A stretch of DNA of 64,000 bases from a virus. The notes beneath the pieces were generated by a model. It saw only the letters and a list, made by a program, of their open reading frames with translations. It had not been told where the DNA came from and made no database searches. Location: IMG/VR virus record IMGVR_UViG_3300033553_000116, positions 32,001 to 96,000 of that record; one strand, written 5' to 3'. Within the stretch, counting starts at the first letter, position 1. Each line of letters begins with the position of its first letter. A program made the translations under genes and the position numbers. This document shows positions 9,366 to 19,548 of this stretch, piece after piece.

Positions 9366-10646
9366 ATGGCCAAGAAAAGCCTACTTGCAAACTACAACGC
9401 GTCACTTGAAGCTGAAGAAGAATTAGTGCCGGTTGAAGAAGAAGAATTACAATCAGCACTTGCTGCAGTTGAAGAAGCTGGAGAAGAAGTTGAAGAAGTC
9501 GAAGACGACGTCGAAGAAATGGAAGAAGTTGAAGAAGGCTTAGAAGCTATCGCTGCATCTTTAGAAGCTGCTTTACAAAATGGTGGACTTGATCCACAGG
9601 CTGCACAGTTCTGTTCACACGCTATCGACGGTTACGCTGGTCGTTTAGGTCTTGAAGGTCTAGAAATCGTTCCTGCACTTGAAGCATTTGGTTCTGACAC
9701 TGGTCGTGAAGCTGCTACTCAAGTTTCTCTAGAAGGTATTGGTGATACTCTTAAAAAGATCTGGGCTGCTATTAAAGCTGCTATCGAAAAGTCAATCAAA
9801 GCAGTTGCTGACTTCTTTGCTAAGCTTTGGAAAGGTGCTGAAAAGATTAAGGCGCGTATTGCTGAGCTTGAGAAAGCTGTAGCTAAAGCTGATAAAGACG
9901 GTGACGAAGCTGAGAAGGACGCTACTGTAGCTGTTCCTAATCCTAACTCATTGATGTTAGGTGGCAAAGTTGAAATGTCTGCTATCTTATCTGGTATTGC
10001 TAATCTTAAAACAGCTTCAGATTCAATGCATGGCTCATATTTGAAAGAAGAGATTTCTTCTATCGAAAGCATGGGTAAAGAAATTGAAGGACTAATGTCT
10101 CCTGACCAAGATGCAATTGATGCATCTTACGCTAAGATGGCTAAGATGGCAGAAGCTAAAGTTAGCAGCATTAAGAGCATCCAAGAGAAAGCATTCTCTG
10201 GTGATAAAGCTGTACATGTTGTAACTAGTGAAAAGCCTGGCGATAAGTCTTCTAAGACTACAATCGAATCTGTTAAGGGTGCTTCAGCATTCTCTAGCAA
10301 AGGTGACATCGATGTACCTAAGTTAGCTGACCTTAAGAAGTTACTTGCTGACCTTAAAGCACTTGCTAGTACTATCGCTGGATCTGATAAAGATATCGAG
10401 AAGTTAAGCAAGGCTCGTGATAAAGCAAAAGTAGCAGCTGAGAAAGTTATTGCTAAGGCTTCTAAAGATGAGAAGATTGCTGGAATGCTTAAAGGCGTTA
10501 AAGCTAAGTCAATTCTTTACATTGCACAAAAGAACTCTGCTGGGCCAATTACATCTCTTGACTCACATACGTTCGGTACTATTCGTGCTGCGCTTGGTTT
10601 GGTTGAGAAGTCTCTCAAGCATTACAAAGCTAAGGATAAAAAGTAA
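9366..10646 (+). CDS. internal head (inner body/ejection) protein with acidic propeptide, phiKZ gp92-97 family
   Basis: Very acidic N-terminus with repeated S/A/G-L-E sites ending VSLEGIG..LKKIW; strongly biased codon usage. Confidence 0.85.
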   Translation: MAKKSLLANYNASLEAEEELVPVEEEELQSALAAVEEAGEEVEEVEDDVEEMEEVEEGLEAIAASLEAALQNGGLDPQAAQFCSHAIDGYAGRLGLEGLEIVPALEAFGSDTGREAATQVSLEGIGDTLKKIWAAIKAAIEKSIKAVADFFAKLWKGAEKIKARIAELEKAVAKADKDGDEAEKDATVAVPNPNSLMLGGKVEMSAILSGIANLKTASDSMHGSYLKEEISSIESMGKEIEGLMSPDQDAIDASYAKMAKMAEAKVSSIKSIQEKAFSGDKAVHVVTSEKPGDKSSKTTIESVKGASAFSSKGDIDVPKLADLKKLLADLKALASTIAGSDKDIEKLSKARDKAKVAAEKVIAKASKDEKIAGMLKGVKAKSILYIAQKNSAGPITSLDSHTFGTIRAALGLVEKSLKHYKAKDKK

Positions 10647-10680
10647 TCTAGAAATAGACTATTAGTTATCTTAAAAACAA

Positions 10681-10710
10681 AAAGGCCCCGGGGAAACCTG
10701 GGGCCTTTTT
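10681..10710 (+). terminator. intrinsic terminator
   Basis: AAAGGCCCCGG-GGAAA-CCTGGGGCCTTTTT. Confidence 0.85.
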
Positions 10711-10748
10711 ATACGCATTTTCATTATAATGGATTGAACCATAGGTTA

Positions 10749-10760
10749 CACCTATATTAC
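10749..10760 (+). promoter_or_regulatory. phiKZ-type early promoter (TATTAC)
   Basis: CACCTATATTAC; the motif recurs six times, always intergenic and upstream of + genes. Confidence 0.7.
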
Positions 10761-10830
10761 TAAGATGAATACATAGCACTACTTACAATTATGTAAGTGT
10801 TCTATTAACTAAATATAAGGGGTAATCATC

Positions 10831-11172
10831 TTGTCTAAATCTAACTTGAAGAACTTAAAAGGTATAGGCTGTGGTCTCTTTGGATCGGAAACACATCCAC
10901 CTGCTAAGCATACAAAACTTAATGTAGATGACCTACAAGTAAAGTTTATAGAAATTAAACACGGGCTGAAATTATTTTACATTGACTATACTAGCATTGG
11001 TAAGACATTGCAACTAGAGCTCCTGTCAGCTAAAACGGCTATTGCCTTCAATGCAGTAATAATGAATAATGGAATTAAAAGTCACTGCCAAACACCTAAC
11101 TTAAAATCACCTAAGTATGTACTCTCCATTATAGTAGGACATAGCGGTGGTAGAGACTATACACATATTTAA
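10831..11172 (+). CDS. hypothetical early protein
   Basis: 113 aa, TTG start with AAGGGG SD, downstream of an early promoter. Confidence 0.6.
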   Translation: MSKSNLKNLKGIGCGLFGSETHPPAKHTKLNVDDLQVKFIEIKHGLKLFYIDYTSIGKTLQLELLSAKTAIAFNAVIMNNGIKSHCQTPNLKSPKYVLSIIVGHSGGRDYTHI

Positions 11173-11237
11173 TAATAACAAACTTTAAGAGACACTACTT
11201 AGGTAGGGTCCTTATATGTCGATTTAAAAAAGTAATA

Positions 11238-11249
11238 CCACTATATTAC
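11238..11249 (+). promoter_or_regulatory. phiKZ-type early promoter (TATTAC)
   Basis: CCACTATATTAC-TATAATG. Confidence 0.7.
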
Positions 11250-11300
11250 TATAATGATACTAACACAACCAACTCTTCTTAAAGAAGAAAGGAATACAAA

Positions 11301-12344
11301 ATGAATACTACGCCTACAGTACATCACGAAGATCCAACTCCATCTGCAAGTATTAGTTCTTTTATTGCTGATTCATGTGCAGCTGTTTTAGGTACTACAA
11401 CAAACCTTATGGATAGCATTAAGTTACCAATGCTACCTATGAGCCTTTCAACCGGGTATAATCATAGTGGGCCAGGCTTTGGTGCTAGTGCACCCAAAGA
11501 GACCAGTGCTCAAACTAGAGCTCGTTTAAACTCACCTGACTATGAATATGATCCAACTGTACATGCTGATGAAATGACTCCATTTAGCCCTGGTTTTATT
11601 TCGGCCATTGTTGATGCTGACTATTATAGTGAAGAGGAGTTTAAGAATGCATCTCAGGACACAATCGATCTACGTGACGTTATGGCTGAGGATGATGTCC
11701 CAGAGATGCCTGGTGCTGATTTAACTGTTGAAGCACGTGAATATATACCTGAGGAAGTTCCACAAGAACCTGGGACTTTGGCTTTCGAGGGATTAACTCC
11801 TGAGGGTGTTCAGATTGTTTCTGTTGAACCAGTTGAAACTACGCCTGAATTAGAAGCCTTATTTGATACTGAAGGTGTTACAATTAAACATGATGCTAGT
11901 AAGAGAACAATCCCCGAATGGGGTAGTAGAATTTATGTTGATAAACCTGAACCAGTTGAAGAACCGGAGCAGACTCAAGAAGAGGAGTTCATTGAATTAG
12001 TTGGTGGCTGGTGTGATAAGGGAATGTTCCCAAAAACACTAAGTGACGAAAACATGGAGGAGATTAATAGATTAGTTCCTAGTATATTAAGTGAGCCTGT
12101 TTATGAGAAGGTCTTTGCAGATATGAATCAGTTCATTAATCAGTATCCTCAGTTAGAAAACTTAAAAGCTGTGATTGAGAAAAATGCAAAAACACAACCA
12201 CAAAGAGTGGATACAACTGACAGACGCACGATGTTAGAGATGGCTAAAGATGGAAGCGCCCCTGTCAACGCAGCGTTTGCCAATGCTTATATTGCGGCAA
12301 TGGAAAATAAAGATAAACAACATCAACCTACTAAAGAAAAGTAA
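11301..12344 (+). CDS. acidic, Pro/Glu-rich hypothetical early protein
   Basis: 347 aa, AAGGA SD. Confidence 0.8.
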   Translation: MNTTPTVHHEDPTPSASISSFIADSCAAVLGTTTNLMDSIKLPMLPMSLSTGYNHSGPGFGASAPKETSAQTRARLNSPDYEYDPTVHADEMTPFSPGFISAIVDADYYSEEEFKNASQDTIDLRDVMAEDDVPEMPGADLTVEAREYIPEEVPQEPGTLAFEGLTPEGVQIVSVEPVETTPELEALFDTEGVTIKHDASKRTIPEWGSRIYVDKPEPVEEPEQTQEEEFIELVGGWCDKGMFPKTLSDENMEEINRLVPSILSEPVYEKVFADMNQFINQYPQLENLKAVIEKNAKTQPQRVDTTDRRTMLEMAKDGSAPVNAAFANAYIAAMENKDKQHQPTKEK

Positions 12345-12348
12345 CAGG

Positions 12349-12398
12349 GCATAAAAGAGCACTCCATTACGGAGTGCTCTGAATTGCTTTTTTTTTTT
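12349..12398. terminator. bidirectional intrinsic terminator
   Basis: AGAGCACTCC-ATTAC-GGAGTGCTCT with flanking A and T runs. Confidence 0.85.
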
Positions 12399-12624
12399 AC
12401 TTACGGACGCATTCGAAGAAGTTATCCCAAGTACCTTTACCAACACCAGAGTATGTTTCAGTATCAACGTATGCCATAACGACATCGCTAACTTCAACAA
12501 ACCCGTGTCTAGTTAATGCATCGTAGCTATAATCAGATAAACCTATATCTTTAAGCTTAGCACCCCCAGATGTAACAAGGTTTAGACGGTTTGATAATAA
12601 CCAATATCAAATTAATTCCAACAT
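12397..12624 (-). pseudogene. RNA polymerase alpha-CTD/HhH-like small protein with in-frame TGA at codon 6 (not in ORF track)
   Basis: GGAG SD, then MLELI*YWLLSNRLNLVTSGGAKLKDIGLSDYSYDALTRHGFVEVSDVVMAYVDTETYSGVGKGTWDNFFECVRK*; the stop abuts the terminator. Confidence 0.6.
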
Positions 12625-12661
12625 AACTGCTCCAATACATTTTTTAAAAAAGTTAAAATAC

Positions 12662-12672
12662 TACATAGAATC
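12662..12672 (-). promoter_or_regulatory. putative late promoter (TATG)
   Basis: GATTCTATGTA on the minus strand; matches the motif at 27990, 36074 and 47962. Confidence 0.45.
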
Positions 12673-12725
12673 TAACTGAACAATCCTATCATTTGAGTAA
12701 ATAAATTTATAAGGGAGGATATAAG

Positions 12726-14348
12726 ATGCCAAGCATTGCACTTGAGGTTCCTGAAACCTATAATAATATCACAAGACCCATTACTGTTGGGATGGTCCGT
12801 GACTTAATAAAACGATTCAAACTACCCAATGATACTAAGGTTGCCTTTGCAGGTGGAGCCGAGACAATTGCCCATGAAGGATCAACGTTAGCTAGTGTAA
12901 ACAATGATGCAATATTCCCCTTTCACGGTAAAGTAAATGTTGAAATGGAGGAGATGTATATAGAAGACAATATTCTAACTACCGCTATCAAACGTTTCGA
13001 CAACCCAGCTATTTTTGAAGACGCTGCATTGGGTGTGAAGATGCATCCAGTCTACACCAGCGCAGAGACAGCTATTACATTTACTTACAGCGGTAACTCA
13101 CAAGGTGAGGTTGAACGTTGGAGAGATAATGTACGTAGAAAAAGCACTGAAGGTATGGAGACATTATTGCATGAACTTATATACCACTTTAGTCCACCTA
13201 CAGTATTCCACCCTATCCTACGTGAGATTTATAATAAGCGCGAATCATTAGCTGGATACAATGAGACTTGGGAGAAGTGGCTAGAAGATTGCTACGATCC
13301 AAGAATGAGTGTTCTATCAAACCTTGACGGTGAACGTGGACTTCCTATTATATCTGAGAAACAAATTCAAGTACAAGGTTGGTTTGACTTCCGTACTGAA
13401 CCAGATAAAGGAACTAAGGAAGAAGATGGGGCTAAGTGGACATTTAGTTTCACATATACTTTCCAGTGGGATAAGGTTACTGGTATGGTATTAAGATATC
13501 CAATAACTGTACATAATCAATTATTGAATATGAAATATATTCCAGTAGAAAAGATTTATAATCCATATGACCAGCCAAGACGGACTAGTCATAGTGGTGC
13601 ATTGCGTGATGACTTTTCAAAGATTAACTATGAAAGAGATACAGCGTATACTGGTGTAGTGATACCTGAGTTTGATGATTGGCGTGGCAGTGAAGTAAGT
13701 AGTAAAACATTTCCTATCTTTACTGCACTGACTGGCATTGATGCCGTTAACCCACTTAATCTTTTAAACTTAAGAGAACTTGGTGAGGTATCTATAGCAG
13801 AACCAATCATGATGTACATTAGGGATAATCGAAAGTGGATTATGGATTACTTAAGTAGCGTATTCCTAATAACAGTTTATAAGGGTGATATACCTCAAAG
13901 CAGCGCTAACTTTTATTTAGATGAAAACCTAGACATTAATTCCAATAGTCCATTGGATCTACGTAAGGTGTATCATGTTAGACTTTCTTTTGTAACCGAC
14001 CTTCGTCTACTAAGGCCATTCGCTAGAGATGTACTATTAAACAATCCTGATATTTGTTATAAGGTAATTGATTTAGTAGAAAGCCTGCAGACTACTAGTT
14101 TAGGTATCAGTGATCGTGTTGGTGCAGCTACGCCTGCCACATACTACGGTAGATCTAGAAAGGGTACAGGTAGATTTGAAGGTAAGCTTACAGATACCTT
14201 ACGAGTAATAGGCGACCGCTTGGTAACTAATACAAGTTTCACGGATACTGTCTCTAAAATAAAGACTGGTATTGATTTAGCGGAAGTAGGTCAAGGACGC
14301 GGTATCAACAGCGTTATGGCTGCCGGTATCATAATACATAAAGGGTAA
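12726..14348 (+). CDS. virion structural protein, phiKZ gp98-like
   Basis: 540 aa; ITRP, M.P.Y, YPI.VHNQ and IPEFDDW motifs; synteny. Confidence 0.7.
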   Translation: MPSIALEVPETYNNITRPITVGMVRDLIKRFKLPNDTKVAFAGGAETIAHEGSTLASVNNDAIFPFHGKVNVEMEEMYIEDNILTTAIKRFDNPAIFEDAALGVKMHPVYTSAETAITFTYSGNSQGEVERWRDNVRRKSTEGMETLLHELIYHFSPPTVFHPILREIYNKRESLAGYNETWEKWLEDCYDPRMSVLSNLDGERGLPIISEKQIQVQGWFDFRTEPDKGTKEEDGAKWTFSFTYTFQWDKVTGMVLRYPITVHNQLLNMKYIPVEKIYNPYDQPRRTSHSGALRDDFSKINYERDTAYTGVVIPEFDDWRGSEVSSKTFPIFTALTGIDAVNPLNLLNLRELGEVSIAEPIMMYIRDNRKWIMDYLSSVFLITVYKGDIPQSSANFYLDENLDINSNSPLDLRKVYHVRLSFVTDLRLLRPFARDVLLNNPDICYKVIDLVESLQTTSLGISDRVGAATPATYYGRSRKGTGRFEGKLTDTLRVIGDRLVTNTSFTDTVSKIKTGIDLAEVGQGRGINSVMAAGIIIHKG

Positions 14349-14353
14349 GACAA

Positions 14354-15721
14354 ATGGGAATACTAGTACCAAAAGCAACACCTGCTCCAGTAGTAAGTGT
14401 AGAGAAACAAGATCCAGTTATTCCAGTGGATTACGATTATAAGACAGTTATAGAAGATGGCCGTTATACGAGCCACAATCATCTTCTAACGTACATTGCA
14501 GGCTCGTCATGGGTAGTTACTTACTTCCAGCAACAATTAGGTAAAGATGACGAACCAACAGCACAGGACTTAAATAAGGACCCTGTCTATCAGCAGTACA
14601 TTAGGATTAGTGATTTCGAGTTAAAGGTATCTTCTTCTTTATCTGAATCTCAGGATGCAACAACTAAGGAATTTGAAGTTACAGGTGAGGCTACCATCTA
14701 TCCACCAGTCCTACCAAATAAAGGTGATATGTTTATTGCTGATATTGGTGACGGTAGAGATGCTGTATTTGCAATCGTTAGTACTGAACGTTTAACAATT
14801 CTAAAGAAGACATGTTACAACATCAGTTATATATTGGTTGACTTTGCAGTAGATGCTAGAATAGAGGATTTCAATAGGAAGACTGTTGAAGAAACTCATT
14901 TCCTTAAGTCGTTATTAAATCACGGTGTTGATCCAGTAGTAGTTGATGAGGATTATAATCGTCATCTATCGCTTAAGGATTTGCGTGGTAAGTTAATGGG
15001 TGCATACTTTGGAAGATTCTTTCAGAAGAATGTAGCATCACTTGCTGTTCCAGGTCAAGACTGGGTAACGTTTGATCCATTCTTAGTTAAATGCATCAAG
15101 AGCTTCATGGAAACTCGAGAGCACCCAATGTTAAGGAATATGAAGAACTACTCTGTAGAGCTACCTGGCAGAGCTCTCCCGCTAACTATATGGGATGTAC
15201 TGATGCGGTTCTCTATTGACATGCTTCCACTGGTCAATGAGAAGTTAGCTTTAGTGGATAGTCACTACTTTGGAACTGTCCCTCAGTTTGAAGGTGTCTA
15301 TTACTCTAATATTAATTCAGTAGTATATCCTGTAGATATGGGCAACTCTGATATAAACAGTATGTTTATTAAACCTGCTGGAACCCCGACTAGAGACATT
15401 GGTCATCAGTTTGAGACCACACGTTTAGCATCACTTGCTATGTTACCTGCTATATCTAATATAGGGTTTGATAACTTACCTTCTATTTGGCCTGTCACTA
15501 AAGATGAATTTTATATATTTAGTAAAGCCTTTTACCATGGCATTGCTGTAGATCAAAGTCAACTTGAAGCATTGGTATTAAAGGCACTGTCTGGTGAACC
15601 TATTAATCAGAAAGCTTTATATGAGTTATCTACAGAGGTTGATACTTGGGGTTACTTAGAACAGTTCTATTATGTGCCTGTACTAATGATCCTTATTAAG
15701 ATGGTACTACATGGTCTCTAG
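14354..15721 (+). CDS. virion structural (neck) protein, phiKZ gp99-like
   Basis: 455 aa; IAGSSWVVTYF and PNKGDMFIADIGDG motifs. Confidence 0.7.
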   Translation: MGILVPKATPAPVVSVEKQDPVIPVDYDYKTVIEDGRYTSHNHLLTYIAGSSWVVTYFQQQLGKDDEPTAQDLNKDPVYQQYIRISDFELKVSSSLSESQDATTKEFEVTGEATIYPPVLPNKGDMFIADIGDGRDAVFAIVSTERLTILKKTCYNISYILVDFAVDARIEDFNRKTVEETHFLKSLLNHGVDPVVVDEDYNRHLSLKDLRGKLMGAYFGRFFQKNVASLAVPGQDWVTFDPFLVKCIKSFMETREHPMLRNMKNYSVELPGRALPLTIWDVLMRFSIDMLPLVNEKLALVDSHYFGTVPQFEGVYYSNINSVVYPVDMGNSDINSMFIKPAGTPTRDIGHQFETTRLASLAMLPAISNIGFDNLPSIWPVTKDEFYIFSKAFYHGIAVDQSQLEALVLKALSGEPINQKALYELSTEVDTWGYLEQFYYVPVLMILIKMVLHGL

Positions 15722-15748
15722 GCCTGAATAAATAAAAAAGGAAATTAA

Positions 15749-16324
15749 ATGGTAGCTCCTAAAAGGAAAACAGCAGCCTACATTATTTTTAACTATATCT
15801 ATCAAGTTTATATACCGCAGCATCATTTATATTCAGCTGAGTATATTAAGCTTGTTGGGATACCTACCACAGGTAACCCATCAATAGATAGAGAATTAGC
15901 AAATTCTAAGACCCTAAGTCAACAGACCATTGTAGGTATGTCTGAGATGTTAGATAATGGAGCATCTATGACCCTTGCTGACCCTGCTAAATCCGCTGAG
16001 ATTTATACAGCCATTAGAGAACATTTAACTGAATTCGATGCACGAGTTAGACAAGGTCAGATCTCTGGAGATGATATACCTCATGATGATTTGCGTAAGT
16101 TGGATAACCTAGCAGCCGAACTATTTACACAGGCTAAATATTACATGAAGGCAGATGCTACAGATAGTAGACTATTTAATAGTATTGCATCATTGTCTAG
16201 TAGACCAGGCTTACGTCGAAATGCAACACCGACTGAGAAGAAGCCTATAAAGCAAACTGACTACCAACCTATTAGTGATAGCATTTCAAAGAATGCATTC
16301 GCTACATCTAAATGGAGAAGATAA
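15749..16324 (+). CDS. conserved protein, phiKZ gp100-like
   Basis: 191 aa; synteny. Confidence 0.65.
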   Translation: MVAPKRKTAAYIIFNYIYQVYIPQHHLYSAEYIKLVGIPTTGNPSIDRELANSKTLSQQTIVGMSEMLDNGASMTLADPAKSAEIYTAIREHLTEFDARVRQGQISGDDIPHDDLRKLDNLAAELFTQAKYYMKADATDSRLFNSIASLSSRPGLRRNATPTEKKPIKQTDYQPISDSISKNAFATSKWRR

Positions 16325-17662
16325 ATGGCTATTGAAAACACTCCTCTAATTGAGGAGCTGGTTGATATTTTTACAAACACTCCTCTACCACCTAGCTTTG
16401 TATGGGAGTGTACTATAGTTTTACCTGATAAGGATGTAAAAGTCCAAAAGGTAATTAGCATTGATATTCTTAGAAACTATACTAGTAACTTTGCGGATGA
16501 GGTTATTATAAAACTTTCTCTTCCTGAAGGTTTCTTTAATAGTCAGGTAATGGCTAATAGTGAGAGTTTGATTTTTGAACTAACAAGAACTCCTTTAGGA
16601 GATAGTATCTCCGATAGTATTGAGCCGTATGTTAAACGATATAAGGCAATTATACAAGATGAATCTAATAGCGTCTTGGCTGCACGACATGCTGTATCAC
16701 AGGATCCAGATGCCAATGACTTGTCAAGTACTGTAGAAAAGAACTTTCAGTTAACTGAAGTAGCCTTAGAACAGATACGAGTTTATGAAACAGGTGGTAT
16801 TTTTAGAGATGTTGTTCCGGGGAAGGTAGCTAGATATGTACTTTCCCATATGAGTTCACAGTTGGATCTATCTGTCAAGGACACCATTAAGGGTGTAGAT
16901 ATGGTAGAGCCTGATAATACTTCTGTACAAACCCATGTAGTTATTCCACATGGTACTAGGGTACAAGACGTTCCTAATGTTATCCAAGAGGAATGGGGTG
17001 GTATTTATAATAGTGGTGTCGGCTGTTACTTGCAGGATAATCAATGGTTTCTATGGCCTCAGTATAGAGTAAATAGATTCTCAGAAGAGAAACGTAGCCT
17101 TAGGATTTATAACTTACCTCCTAAAAGGTATCCTAGCATAGAGAAGACCTATAGATTAAATGGCAGTGAATTAGTTATCTTATCTACCGGACAAGCTAAG
17201 CACAAAGATGTAAGTTACGCTGACAAACTTAACTATGGTAATGGTACTCGTTTTACTAGCGCTACTAGGATCTGGGAAGGGTTTGGTACTACTGAAGCTA
17301 ATAAGTTTACTATGATCCGTGCGGTTAATAATACAGAAATTAAAGGTATTGTTAGTAATGATATAGATTATGCCCCAGTTGCACCTAAGAGAATAACCGA
17401 TAACTCATTCTCAGAAGCCAGTAGACTCTCTAGAAGAATGGGGTCAGTAGTTGAGTTTGTATGGGAGAACTCTAGGATAGACCTTATATATCCAGGCATG
17501 CCTCTTAAATTTTATTATTTACATAAGGATGAAATAAAAGAATTGCAAGGTGTAGTGGTTCAAGCACACCACTTTATATACGACTCATCAACTAGTCCTC
17601 AACAGATGAAACATATAACTAATACAGCCCTCTCTATATTTGTAGAGCAGATGCCTGATTAA
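16325..17662 (+). CDS. virion structural (baseplate hub-like) protein, phiKZ gp101-like
   Basis: 445 aa; GGIYNSGVGCY and WENS...IYPGMP motifs. Confidence 0.7.
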   Translation: MAIENTPLIEELVDIFTNTPLPPSFVWECTIVLPDKDVKVQKVISIDILRNYTSNFADEVIIKLSLPEGFFNSQVMANSESLIFELTRTPLGDSISDSIEPYVKRYKAIIQDESNSVLAARHAVSQDPDANDLSSTVEKNFQLTEVALEQIRVYETGGIFRDVVPGKVARYVLSHMSSQLDLSVKDTIKGVDMVEPDNTSVQTHVVIPHGTRVQDVPNVIQEEWGGIYNSGVGCYLQDNQWFLWPQYRVNRFSEEKRSLRIYNLPPKRYPSIEKTYRLNGSELVILSTGQAKHKDVSYADKLNYGNGTRFTSATRIWEGFGTTEANKFTMIRAVNNTEIKGIVSNDIDYAPVAPKRITDNSFSEASRLSRRMGSVVEFVWENSRIDLIYPGMPLKFYYLHKDEIKELQGVVVQAHHFIYDSSTSPQQMKHITNTALSIFVEQMPD

Positions 17663-17682
17663 AATATAAAAAAGGTTTGACA

Positions 17683-18909
17683 ATGAAAAAGATAGATTTA
17701 AATAAATACCTAGAGCCAACTTTAGGGCACGAGTCACTAACTGATGAGGAGCTAGAGCATATATCAGTCGAGCACTTACAATCAGTAGTAGATAGTCACT
17801 ATCTTGCAATGGAGTCAATAATGGACACCTTAGAAGATTTGGCAACTATGAATGAAAATGCCACTTACACCATTGAATCACTACCTTTAAATATCCAAGG
17901 ATATATTCTCACTACCGACGGTGTTTACAGTGCTGAAGATGTAGGTGTGTCATTGGAGGAATCTGTTGGCGGTATTAGTAACATCCTACATCGTATCTGG
18001 GATAACATGTTTATTCAGTATAAACAACTCTGGGAAGGATTAAATAATATCTTCCGTAAAAATGAAACAGCAGCGTTGAGGACACTTGAACAGTTCTCTA
18101 AGTTCGAAGATAAACTATCAGGCAGTAGAAAGAAAGATGAGATTGTTACTAGTTATGCAGGTATTGATATGGCATTCTACATGCCAGGTACTAAAAACTA
18201 CCACGCTTCACCTACTGAACTAGTTAGTCGTGAATTAAAAATGAATGAATATGTTTTCAAAACATTTGTTCCACAACTAACTAAGGTTACTTCAACCATT
18301 GAGTCAGCCATTAAGAACTTTGACCCTACCGATGTCAAGGCTTATGATAAGGGGTTCTTAGAACCATTAAGTAAAATTGATCATCCTGTAGAATCATTTG
18401 ATAGGAAGTTTTATGGCGATGCTGAATATATATGGGGTTACTCATTTACAGATTCATTCTTCACAGCGTTATCTGGTAAGCCTAGTGATATGCCAAGATT
18501 AGATAAAATAGGATCTAAGGCTAAGTTAGTACATAATCACTCAGTTGCATCAATGGCCGCTATGAGAATTATTCCAGATGTTAAATTAACAGCAAGTGAA
18601 TCGTTGGGCATTATTAAAGATGTTAAAAGCATCCTTAATAATATTGTAGACTCTTCAAAAAATCATAGTTCAGAAAAGAGAGCTTTGGATACCTTAATAG
18701 ATAAGGTATCAACTTTAACAAATAAATATAGTAAAAATGAATTAGATATTTCTGCTAAATTACTGAAAGAAGATCTAAATAACCTTAAGAGATTTGTTAA
18801 TGCTTTAGTTTATCACTATGTTAAACTACCAGCAACCTTCGCTACCCACCAGGCATTTTCAATGTCACAGGTAGGTATATTAATTGGCCGCATTGCCAAG
18901 CGTTCATAA
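17683..18909 (+). CDS. internal head protein with cleavable acidic propeptide
   Basis: Acidic N-terminus with SVE/AME/VSLE sites; ATG 17683 is the likely start. Confidence 0.7.
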   Translation: MKKIDLNKYLEPTLGHESLTDEELEHISVEHLQSVVDSHYLAMESIMDTLEDLATMNENATYTIESLPLNIQGYILTTDGVYSAEDVGVSLEESVGGISNILHRIWDNMFIQYKQLWEGLNNIFRKNETAALRTLEQFSKFEDKLSGSRKKDEIVTSYAGIDMAFYMPGTKNYHASPTELVSRELKMNEYVFKTFVPQLTKVTSTIESAIKNFDPTDVKAYDKGFLEPLSKIDHPVESFDRKFYGDAEYIWGYSFTDSFFTALSGKPSDMPRLDKIGSKAKLVHNHSVASMAAMRIIPDVKLTASESLGIIKDVKSILNNIVDSSKNHSSEKRALDTLIDKVSTLTNKYSKNELDISAKLLKEDLNNLKRFVNALVYHYVKLPATFATHQAFSMSQVGILIGRIAKRS

Positions 18910-18922
18910 CTATTAAACTAAC

Positions 18923-18958
18923 CATAAGAGAGTGCCGTAATGGCACTCTCTTTTATAT
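18923..18958 (+). terminator. intrinsic terminator
   Basis: AAGAGAGTGCC-GTAAT-GGCACTCTCTTTT. Confidence 0.85.
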
Positions 18959-18978
18959 GTCGATTCAATCTCAGGTTA

Positions 18979-18990
18979 CATCTATATTAC
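18979..18990 (+). promoter_or_regulatory. phiKZ-type early promoter (TATTAC)
   Basis: AGGTTACATCTATATTAC, near-identical to the 10743-10760 copy. Confidence 0.7.
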
Positions 18991-19057
18991 TTTAATGAAT
19001 AGATAACAGATAGAACTTTAATTAGTTGTATTTGAATTAAAATAATTGGAGAATAAC

Positions 19058-19498
19058 ATGTTAGAAGAAATCAATTCAGTAAAAACATTTAATACTAAAG
19101 ATAAAGTCATTGTAATGATGGGTAAACGAGAAAACCTAAAAGGTATACAAATTGTTGAGGGTATCATTTTAAGAGCACCTAAGAAGGCTTCTAAAGATAA
19201 TAAGTTTGTTATCCTGTTACCTAACGGGATAGCTGTAGCCACTGCCCCCCAGTTATTTGTTACTAATGAGGGAAAATACTTCCGTAAAGAGGAGCATTTC
19301 ACTGTGTCATATATTTGTCATATGCCTGAGTTAAAGATATTTGCAAATGCTTCATGGAATGCAGTTTGGGATATGTACGAACATTTAGTTGCTCAGTTAT
19401 CTAATATAGCTATGCATATACGTTGTTCTAAGAAAGCGGTTACTATAACCAATGACTATATAAGAAATACGGATACTACAAAAATGAGTACGTATTAA
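19058..19498 (+). CDS. hypothetical early protein
   Basis: ORF 19046-19498; GGAG SD favours ATG 19058. Confidence 0.7.
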   Translation: MLEEINSVKTFNTKDKVIVMMGKRENLKGIQIVEGIILRAPKKASKDNKFVILLPNGIAVATAPQLFVTNEGKYFRKEEHFTVSYICHMPELKIFANASWNAVWDMYEHLVAQLSNIAMHIRCSKKAVTITNDYIRNTDTTKMSTY

Positions 19499-19510
19499 TG
19501 AGGTTAAATA

Positions 19511-19548
19511 AAGGTAGGAGGCATTTGCTTCCTATACTTTTTTTTTTG
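19511..19548 (+). terminator. intrinsic terminator
   Basis: TAGGAGGC-ATTT-GCTTCCTA plus T run. Confidence 0.75.
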
